A DNA stretch of 64,000 bases from a virus, in the IMG/VR virus record IMGVR_UViG_3300032236_001259, positions 6,940 through 70,939 of that record, one strand, 5' to 3'. Under the pieces are notes generated by a model that saw nothing but the letters and a program-made list of their open reading frames with translations, was not told the DNA's origin and searched no databases. A program made the translations under genes and the position numbers. Positions 40,331-48,197 of the stretch are shown piece by piece; position 1 is the stretch's first letter, and every line of letters starts with the position of its first letter.

Positions 40331-40990
40331 ATGGGATTTTTAGATAACACAGTAGTGACAATCGACGCCGTATTAACCAAAAAAGGCCGCGAATTATTGG
40401 CAAGAAATGATGGTTCTTTTCAAATTACTCAATTTGCTCTAGCAGATGATGAGATAGATTATACTCTTTATAATCCATCGCATCCGTCAGGCTCTGCTTT
40501 TTATGGAGAATCTATAGAAAATATGCCATTATTAGAAGCGTTCCCAGATGAAAATCAAATAATGAGGTATAAATTGATAACTTTACCTATAGGAACAAGT
40601 AAATTACCAGTAATTAATGTCGGATATAATAGTATCTCATTAAAACAAGCTGCTTCTTTAGTTATCACTCCTCAAACGTTAAATTATCTTGGAGCTAGTT
40701 CTACATTTGAACCAAGTGGATATACTGTTACTATTGGAGATGCTAGGTTACTAGGAACATTTACCGGTATAGGTATAGATACAAGTAACATAAATACATC
40801 TGACTTAACTACAGTATCTGGAACACAGATAAGTAAAACAGTTATTGGTACATCATTCACATTGGTAGGAACTACTGTTAATACTTTGTTTGGCACAAGC
40901 CTTACAACTTTAAGCACTACTATAACAGTTCAAGGACGTGATTCAGGTGCTAGAATTACAATTCCATTTAATTTAACTAAGAATCAATAA
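40331..40990 (+). CDS. Virion (baseplate/tail) protein
   Basis: DAVLTKKGRELLA...ITQFALADDEIDY. Confidence 0.7.
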   Translation: MGFLDNTVVTIDAVLTKKGRELLARNDGSFQITQFALADDEIDYTLYNPSHPSGSAFYGESIENMPLLEAFPDENQIMRYKLITLPIGTSKLPVINVGYNSISLKQAASLVITPQTLNYLGASSTFEPSGYTVTIGDARLLGTFTGIGIDTSNINTSDLTTVSGTQISKTVIGTSFTLVGTTVNTLFGTSLTTLSTTITVQGRDSGARITIPFNLTKNQ

Positions 40991-41001
40991 AAAATTAAAA
41001 A

Positions 41002-42048
41002 ATGTCATTTGTACAATTTGCTCAGGATGATTTGGTGGTAAGTACACAGTTAATAACAGCTCCTTTATGGTCAGGTAATTCATATACACTATCTGGTTCA
41101 TTTTATACTTCAAGTGCCCAAGAAACTTCAATTAGTGGTAAAACATATTTAAATGTTTATAACTTACCTATTAATAGTTCTGGGTCAGCTACTCAATTTT
41201 CTGTAGCTTATGGTCATATTTCAGGTAGTGGATCTGCTTTATTTAATGCTCTAGTTAATGAAAAAAGCCCTACTAGAGATGTATATGGACAGTTTAGAAA
41301 TTTAGTCTACGGAAATGATGGTGCACATGAAGGACCGTTTAATTTTGGTGGCAGTAATGGTCTTTCAAGAGATATTTTTGTAATCAATGTAAATAGATCA
41401 AGATATAAAGAAAGTATCAATCCTGGTACATGGCAGTTGCAATTAAAAAATGGTTCAAATATTATCAACTTAACAGATGATAGTAATACCAATTCTACTA
41501 CTACAAATTTTATTGGTAGTAATATTTACTATAACATTGTTAGTGGTTCTTTAGGATATACATATAATAGCACATCTGTTCAAACAAATAGTGGTAGCTA
41601 CGGATTGTTTTTTCCTAATATGGGATTAATAATTTTAAATCCAAGAGCATTAAGTTTATCTACCGCTAATGGTGGTATCGGATTATCAGTTGATGAAACA
41701 GCAGCTACATCTTATACTGCCGGGTATAATATAAATAACTCCACTTTATTTACAGTTATATCTGCAAGTAGCGCAGGTTTCTCAGCTAATAGCAGAGAAA
41801 CGGTATCTTCAACATATTTCTTTGTTAACGCAAAAAGTACTCAATTAAACTATACAACGAATCCATCTATTACAGATAGTAATGGTAATTTATTATTTCC
41901 AGTTTTAGTTAATAATCCCCAGACATATCCAACAACTGTTGGATTATACAACAATAATGGTGATCTATTAGCTGTTGGTAAATTAAGCAAACCATTAGCA
42001 AAAGACTTTACAAAACAATTAACTTGTAGAGTTAAATTGGAATTCTAA
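41002..42048 (+). CDS. Virion (baseplate/tail-fibre attachment-like) protein
   Basis: C-terminal TTVGLYNNNGDLLAVGKLSKPL. Confidence 0.65.
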   Translation: MSFVQFAQDDLVVSTQLITAPLWSGNSYTLSGSFYTSSAQETSISGKTYLNVYNLPINSSGSATQFSVAYGHISGSGSALFNALVNEKSPTRDVYGQFRNLVYGNDGAHEGPFNFGGSNGLSRDIFVINVNRSRYKESINPGTWQLQLKNGSNIINLTDDSNTNSTTTNFIGSNIYYNIVSGSLGYTYNSTSVQTNSGSYGLFFPNMGLIILNPRALSLSTANGGIGLSVDETAATSYTAGYNINNSTLFTVISASSAGFSANSRETVSSTYFFVNAKSTQLNYTTNPSITDSNGNLLFPVLVNNPQTYPTTVGLYNNNGDLLAVGKLSKPLAKDFTKQLTCRVKLEF

Positions 42049-42065
42049 ATAGTTTATGATAAATC

Positions 42066-43499
42066 ATGTCAGCATATAAAAGGATAAATAATTCAGACGT
42101 CATAGTAAGTCCATATATAGCCAATAAGCAATGGAACTTCAAAGCGTGTGAGTTTTCCCAAAACGCTATTCAAATATATTTTGGTACCAATTTAACGAGT
42201 TCATTTTCTATAGATAATGATCCGATATCAAATGGTTTTTATGAAAGACTGGTTTATGATTCCATGAATCACCTTTATTACCAAAATTTTAGTGGATCTC
42301 TATTAAATAATAATTTAAATTTACAATCTAATAATTACCAAAGTTCTAGCATTTATAGACTTTCCGGTTCTTATTATGATTATAGTAAAACGGGGTATAT
42401 ATCTAAATATTTTCCTACCAGTTCAAATAGTCAAATAACTGTAGTTTCTATACCAAAAAGTTTATTTGGAACTGCAGTAGATCCTGGTACATTTAATTTA
42501 ACTTTTCCCACTACTAGTATATCAGATGACGGTAACCAAAATTTATATGATACGGCCAGCGTTTTAGTTGGTAATATATTTTATGAACACGGTATAGCTG
42601 TAATAGGTCACCCTGATTTTCAGGGATTATTTCCTAAACCACCTTTAGCGGTAAATAATACTTTAGTAGTCACCAACAATAATCTTTCTCAATCTATTAA
42701 TATTGTAAATAACGATATAAATAGAAGCGGAACCCTACTTACATCTTCCATTCAATTATCAGGAAGTACTGATCAAATACCATATTGGAATAATAATGGA
42801 GATGGTACTTTAACTGTTAATACAGTTAATCCTGGAACATATGAAATCTATTACACAATACAATCTTATATAAGTGGTTCTTGTCCATTATATTTGAAAA
42901 GCAATTTAGCTAAAGTTAAAGTTTTGGTAAATCGCCCTACAACGACGACTACTACAACTACTACTACTAGTACAACAACTACTACGACTACTTTAGCTCC
43001 GACAAGTACAACTACTACGACGACTACAACTACAGCGGCGCCAACAAGTACAACAACTACTAGTACAACAACTACTACGACTACTTTAGCTCCGACAACT
43101 ACTACTAGTACAACAACAACAACTACTACGTTACCGGCTAATTATAATATAACTATTGTTGATAGAATAGCTTCTAATAATAGTAATGTTTCCGGAGCAA
43201 TCGGATATAGTACTGATAAAGGATCTACATGGACATATCTTACAGGAACATTTGGATATAATGCTAACTATATTACAGGTTCAGGTGGCGGTTTAACAAT
43301 ACCATATAGTAGTTCATTGTGGATAGCGGTTGTGGACGCAACTTATTCAAATGTAACATTTGATGCTAATACTTATCCTGTAAATCATTATACTGGATAT
43401 TGCGGAACAAGAGTTCCAGTTAAAATAAATGCAGTAACTTCAAGTCTAAAAATATATGTAAATATAGATGATACTTCAGGTGTATTAAGCAGTTGTTAA
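42066..43499 (+). CDS. Virion protein with Ig-like domain and mucin-like Thr tract
   Basis: N-half paralogous to 41002-42048; 64-aa T/S/P tract. Confidence 0.7.
   Translation: MSAYKRINNSDVIVSPYIANKQWNFKACEFSQNAIQIYFGTNLTSSFSIDNDPISNGFYERLVYDSMNHLYYQNFSGSLLNNNLNLQSNNYQSSSIYRLSGSYYDYSKTGYISKYFPTSSNSQITVVSIPKSLFGTAVDPGTFNLTFPTTSISDDGNQNLYDTASVLVGNIFYEHGIAVIGHPDFQGLFPKPPLAVNNTLVVTNNNLSQSINIVNNDINRSGTLLTSSIQLSGSTDQIPYWNNNGDGTLTVNTVNPGTYEIYYTIQSYISGSCPLYLKSNLAKVKVLVNRPTTTTTTTTTTSTTTTTTTLAPTSTTTTTTTTTAAPTSTTTTSTTTTTTTLAPTTTTSTTTTTTTLPANYNITIVDRIASNNSNVSGAIGYSTDKGSTWTYLTGTFGYNANYITGSGGGLTIPYSSSLWIAVVDATYSNVTFDANTYPVNHYTGYCGTRVPVKINAVTSSLKIYVNIDDTSGVLSSC
42939..43130 (+). repeat. Poly-Thr mucin-like repeat
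   Basis: (T)n-LAP/AAP blocks encoded by mixed ACN codons. Confidence 0.9.
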
Positions 43500-43520
43500 A
43501 AATATAATAAATAATATGTT

Positions 43521-44480
43521 ATGAAAAATTTACGTTATGTTTGCGTTCAACCACGCATAAAATATTATGCTTGGCAAGTAGAAGTTATGATAAATAACTT
43601 TATTAAAAACGGAATCAATCCAAATAACATGGATATTCTTGTTGGTTATAATCCAAATGACGGTACTTCATCACCGGAAAATGTAGAAATTTGGAATAAA
43701 CTAGCTTCGCATTACAACTATGTTCGTTTTTTCTTTTATCAAGATACGAGACAAGATCCTCAATATATTTCGTCTTTACGACCTAATATTTTAAAACAAC
43801 ATTTTAAGGCATATCCTGAATTACAAACAGAAGTTATATTCTATCACGATTGTGATATATTATTCACTAATAAAATTGATTTTAGTGAATTTTTAAATGA
43901 TGATATATGGTATTTAAGCGATACGAATTCATATATTAATTACGATTATATAAAATCTAAAGGTTTTGATGTGTATGATAAAATGTGTAAAATAGTAGAA
44001 ATTGATCCTCTAATTCCAAAATTAATGAATCCTAATTCAGGTGGTGCTCAATACCTAATGAAAAACGTAAATGAAATGTTTTGGGATAAAGTAGAACACG
44101 ATAGTGAACAATTATTCTATCAAATTACGCAATTGAATAATGAAAAGATAGAAAACGATCCTACATATCATGAACTTCAAATTTGGTGTGCTGATATGTG
44201 GGCCGTATTATGGAATGGTTGGTTACACGGCCATGAAACTAAAGTTATACCTGAAATGAATTTTAGTTGGGCCACTGATTCTATTGATATATGGAATCAA
44301 AAACCAATTTATCATAATGCAGGTATTACCGAAAATGATGTTTCTAATGGTATGTTTTATAAATCACTGTATATAAATGAATTTCCATATAACTTAGATG
44401 TAAATTGGAATAAAACAAAAAATTGTTATAACTACGTTAAAGAAATACAAGAAACCGAAAAAATATCATGTCTAATTTAA
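43521..44480 (+). CDS. GT-A glycosyltransferase, HPAT/SRGT (GT95/96)-like
   Basis: YYAWQ; YISSLRP; FYHDCDILF (DxD); GGAQY; WCADMWAV; IYHNAG. Confidence 0.55.
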   Translation: MKNLRYVCVQPRIKYYAWQVEVMINNFIKNGINPNNMDILVGYNPNDGTSSPENVEIWNKLASHYNYVRFFFYQDTRQDPQYISSLRPNILKQHFKAYPELQTEVIFYHDCDILFTNKIDFSEFLNDDIWYLSDTNSYINYDYIKSKGFDVYDKMCKIVEIDPLIPKLMNPNSGGAQYLMKNVNEMFWDKVEHDSEQLFYQITQLNNEKIENDPTYHELQIWCADMWAVLWNGWLHGHETKVIPEMNFSWATDSIDIWNQKPIYHNAGITENDVSNGMFYKSLYINEFPYNLDVNWNKTKNCYNYVKEIQETEKISCLI

Positions 44481-45130
44481 AAGTAGTAATTAACAATAGA
44501 AATAGACTTTCAACCACTAAAAAATTAGTTGAGGATTTATTAGATAGAAATACAAATTTTATCTGGATAATAGATAATGATTCTACTTATCCGCCTCTTC
44601 TAGATTGGTATAATAAAATACCAAAAGAAGTTTCAGTATTTAAATATTATAACGTAGGTCATTTAGCTTTATTTTCTACCGGATTAATAAATAGTATAGA
44701 AGAAGAATGGTGCTTTTATACTGACTCTGATATTGAGTTAAATCCTAAAATGCCAGTCGATTACCAGCAGCAAATGTTAGATATTGCAATACAATTAAAC
44801 TGTAAAAAAATTGGTTTAGCTCTAAGCGTATCTGATATTCCTGATCATTATAGATTTAAACAGCAAGTTCTAAGAAATGAAGATAAATGGTGGCAGGAAG
44901 AAGTTTCACCTAATATTTTTAAAGCGGATACAGACACAACTTTTAGTTTAATTAAAAAAGTAGATCAATTTCAAAGTTATAGAATAGCCGGAGATTTTAC
45001 ATGTAAACATATACCATGGTATTTTAATATTGATAATTTAGATGAAGAAGAAACATATTACTTAAATAATTGTGAAGACCATTTAGTTACACAATATAGT
45101 AAACAGCATAAGTATAAAAAAGAAATGTAA
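44468..45130 (+). CDS. Glycosyltransferase, GT2-like
   Basis: VINNRNR, IIDNDST, YTDSD. Confidence 0.8.
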   Translation: MSNLKVVINNRNRLSTTKKLVEDLLDRNTNFIWIIDNDSTYPPLLDWYNKIPKEVSVFKYYNVGHLALFSTGLINSIEEEWCFYTDSDIELNPKMPVDYQQQMLDIAIQLNCKKIGLALSVSDIPDHYRFKQQVLRNEDKWWQEEVSPNIFKADTDTTFSLIKKVDQFQSYRIAGDFTCKHIPWYFNIDNLDEEETYYLNNCEDHLVTQYSKQHKYKKEM

Positions 45131-45924
45131 TGAAAAAAGTTAGTTTTGTATGCACAACGTATAGACGTTTCTCATGCGTTCAAAGAATATTGTCTCAATA
45201 TTATGCTCAAACATATCCTAATAAAGAATTAATAATATTTAATACCGATGAAGACTATCCTTATAAATTAGGATTCGGTGATCCCAATATCATTGTTGTA
45301 AATAATAATATTAACTATCAAACAGCATCTGAATATGAAAATAGAGGCCAAATATGTAGAGATGCTATAACTCACGCTACAGGTGATTATTTTATGCTGG
45401 GAGACGATGATGACATTTATTTGCCATGGCACATACAGCAAGCTGTAGATGGAATAGAAGCAAATGGTAAAGATGCATGGAAGCCAGAAATGAGTTTCTT
45501 TGCTAATCAGAAAGAAGTGAAAATGGTAATGAATACCTTAGAAGCATCGGTTATCGTAAAAATGGACAGAATACGTCAAATTGGATTTAGATCCGATTTA
45601 ACGGGATACGAGGGTTTAAGTTGGTATACCAAACTAAGAGATGAAAATCAATTAGATGAACACAATAAAAATTATGTTCCGTCATATTGTTTCAATTGGT
45701 CGGATCCACATGAGATATCAGGACATAAACAAAGCGGAGACATAAATAATCCTAATAATTTTGAAAATCATAAAGCAGCATCGCAAGATTATGTTAAAGG
45801 TTTATTGAAATATAAGAGTTTAGGTGACACATATAACAAATATTATGATTACTTACGTCATCATAAAGACGAGTTTAATCAAGAATATTATGAAAAATAC
45901 GCTATTCAATATTTATATACATGA
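45130..45924 (+). CDS. Glycosyltransferase family 2
   Basis: VCTTYRR, QTYPNKELII, ATGDYFMLGDDDD. Confidence 0.88.
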   Translation: MKKVSFVCTTYRRFSCVQRILSQYYAQTYPNKELIIFNTDEDYPYKLGFGDPNIIVVNNNINYQTASEYENRGQICRDAITHATGDYFMLGDDDDIYLPWHIQQAVDGIEANGKDAWKPEMSFFANQKEVKMVMNTLEASVIVKMDRIRQIGFRSDLTGYEGLSWYTKLRDENQLDEHNKNYVPSYCFNWSDPHEISGHKQSGDINNPNNFENHKAASQDYVKGLLKYKSLGDTYNKYYDYLRHHKDEFNQEYYEKYAIQYLYT

Positions 45925-46220
45925 GTCAAAGTTCAGATTTTTCATTATCGTTTAAAAATAAACATTTAATTTACGAAAGAACAGTTAAATGTACTATAAA
46001 AGATCATGAGATGGGTTTTAGTTATAATCCATCATTACAGGTATCAAGCAGCAGTGCTCAATTATTTGGATATGCTACCGGTTCGTCTTTTATGCCTTAT
46101 GCGACTACAGTTGGATTATACAATGATGCAAATCAATTACTCGCAGTAGCCAAGTTTAGTCAACCTTTACCGATTTCTAGTAAAACGGATACGAATATTA
46201 TTATAAGAATGGATATTTAA
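45921..46220 (+). CDS. C-terminal module of a virion protein (paralogous to the end of 41002-42048)
   Basis: PYATTVGLYNDANQLLAVAKFSQPL; late motif at 45909. Confidence 0.65.
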   Translation: MSQSSDFSLSFKNKHLIYERTVKCTIKDHEMGFSYNPSLQVSSSSAQLFGYATGSSFMPYATTVGLYNDANQLLAVAKFSQPLPISSKTDTNIIIRMDI

Positions 46221-46225
46221 AAATT

Positions 46226-46660
46226 ATGTGGTTATATCAAAATCAAGTTATCGAAAATATCGAACAGTTTCCTAAAGAAACATTCGGTTTCATTTACAGG
46301 ATTACTCGTATTTCTGATGGGAAATTTTATATCGGACGTAAAAATTTATATTCAGAAAGAACAAAAGCTTTGACAAAAAAAGAATTGTCTGAGCATACCG
46401 GTAAAGGTAAAAAGCCTACTAAAAAGAAAGTCATCGCAGAAAGCGATTGGGACTCGTATTTTGGATCCGAACCCAATCTGAAGGAGTGTGTTAAGGAACT
46501 AGGAAAAGAGGCCTTTAAAAGGGAGATATTGCAGTTATGTAACCATAAGAAACAAATGACGTACCAAGAACTCAGGTATCAGATTATAGAAGGATGTTTG
46601 GAATCTGAAAATTGCTGGAATAATAATATTTTAGGTAAATTTTGGAAAAAAGATATTTAA
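46226..46660 (+). CDS. GIY-YIG nuclease (T4 endonuclease II-like)
   Basis: GFIYRIT...FYIGRK...YFGS...FKREIL...E...N. Confidence 0.75.
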   Translation: MWLYQNQVIENIEQFPKETFGFIYRITRISDGKFYIGRKNLYSERTKALTKKELSEHTGKGKKPTKKKVIAESDWDSYFGSEPNLKECVKELGKEAFKREILQLCNHKKQMTYQELRYQIIEGCLESENCWNNNILGKFWKKDI

Positions 46661-46663
46661 TTA

Positions 46664-46671
46664 TATCTTTG
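46664..46671 (+). promoter_or_regulatory. Bacteroidota -7 promoter, probably leaderless transcript
   Basis: TATCTTTG 4 nt before the primase ATG, with TTTG at 46641. Confidence 0.6.
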
Positions 46672-46675
46672 CTCA

Positions 46676-47620
46676 ATGAGTAATATTTTATCTGGATTCT
46701 TAGATACTATTTTAGGACCTTCTGAAAAAGGTTCCTCTAATAACATGAAATACAGATGCATTAATCCATCTTGTCCATCTCATGATAAGAACAAAAAGAA
46801 ATTAGAAATTCAGATAGAAACGGATAGTGAAGGTAATAATCCTTATAATTGTTGGGTATGTGGTCAAATTAAAGGTAAAACAATACGGTCTTTATTATGG
46901 AAAATAAAAGCACCTAAAGAAAAATTCGATCAGTTATCAAAAATAATAGTTAAATCAAATTTTGAAGATCAAGATGTTACTACGTTTAATGGTGTTCTAC
47001 CACCAGAATATAAATTTCTTTTGGACGTTAAGCCAAATGATATTCTAGCTAAGCATGCTAAATTATACTTAAAGAAAAGAGGAATAACTGAAGATGATAT
47101 TATAAAATATCAAATAGGTTATTGTGAAGAGGGAAATTATGCAGAACGCATTATATTACCTTCCTACGATTCTAAAGGTAATATTGATTTCTTTGTGGGT
47201 CGTTCTTTTGATCCGGAAATAAAACTTAAATACAAATATCCTCAAGCATCTAGAGATATTATTCCTTTTGAAATGTTTATAAATTGGAACGTTCCTATTG
47301 TTTTATGCGAAGGTGGATTTGATATGTTAGCTATAAAAAGAAATGTGATTCCTCTTTTGGGAAAGTCTATAACTCCTAAATTAATGAAAAAATTAATAGA
47401 ATCAAAGATAAAAAAGGTGTATATTGCACTCGATGATGATGCCATAACTATGGCATTAAAACATTGTGAGACTTTAATGGCCATGGGTAAAAAGGTATTT
47501 TTAGTAGAAATGAATCAAAAAGATCCTTCTGAAATGGGATTTGAAGCTTTTTTAGAATTAATACAAAAAACAGAACCATTGACTCAAACTAGATTATTAA
47601 CATATAAACTATCATTATAA
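46676..47620 (+). CDS. DNA primase (DnaG/gp61-like)
   Basis: Zn finger C..C / CWVC; YLKKRGI; TOPRIM CEGGFD and ALDDD. Confidence 0.9.
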   Translation: MSNILSGFLDTILGPSEKGSSNNMKYRCINPSCPSHDKNKKKLEIQIETDSEGNNPYNCWVCGQIKGKTIRSLLWKIKAPKEKFDQLSKIIVKSNFEDQDVTTFNGVLPPEYKFLLDVKPNDILAKHAKLYLKKRGITEDDIIKYQIGYCEEGNYAERIILPSYDSKGNIDFFVGRSFDPEIKLKYKYPQASRDIIPFEMFINWNVPIVLCEGGFDMLAIKRNVIPLLGKSITPKLMKKLIESKIKKVYIALDDDAITMALKHCETLMAMGKKVFLVEMNQKDPSEMGFEAFLELIQKTEPLTQTRLLTYKLSL

Positions 47621-48168
47621 TGGAAAATCCGTCTAATTTTCTGATTCAACTGAACGAAGCTCAGTATCAGACCCCAGACCTTTCAAAGAAAGGTGTAGTA
47701 AATGCAGCAAATAAAATCTATGTAGGTTTAATGGATGAAGGTATGTCGGCACTTGACGTGGCGACCATGATCAAATTCGTTGAGGAAACTGGTAAACAAT
47801 TAAAAGAAATTACAGATGATAATGGTAAAAATTCTTTTGTTGATCTAGTTCGAGAAGAAATTATTAAAAATTCAAATGATGGTAAATCTTGTACTACTAA
47901 GTATGGTACTAAATTTGAACTTTTTGAAGCTGGTTCTAAATTTGATTTTGCTTCTTGTGGGGATCCTATCTGGAATCGTTTAAATACTGAAATGGAAACT
48001 TTAAAAGCCAAGATGAAAGAGCGGGAGTCTTTCTTAAAAACAATCAAGAAATCTACAAAAATGAACATAATAGATCCCGACACTCAAGAATATTTTGAAG
48101 ATCATACAATATACGAAGCGGTAAAAAGTTCTACATCTACGTATAAACAAACATTGATTACCGGATAG
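47620..48168 (+). CDS. Hypothetical protein
   Basis: 182-aa ORF coupled to the primase. Confidence 0.6.
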   Translation: MENPSNFLIQLNEAQYQTPDLSKKGVVNAANKIYVGLMDEGMSALDVATMIKFVEETGKQLKEITDDNGKNSFVDLVREEIIKNSNDGKSCTTKYGTKFELFEAGSKFDFASCGDPIWNRLNTEMETLKAKMKERESFLKTIKKSTKMNIIDPDTQEYFEDHTIYEAVKSSTSTYKQTLITG

Positions 48169-48197
48169 CAGATATTTATATACGTATTTAAATTATT

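Noticed and set aside
43521-45924. GTs as DNA-hypermodification enzymes
   Set aside because: Disfavoured but not excluded: the context is a virion operon next to a Thr tract, and no base hydroxymethylase is visible (thyA looks canonical)
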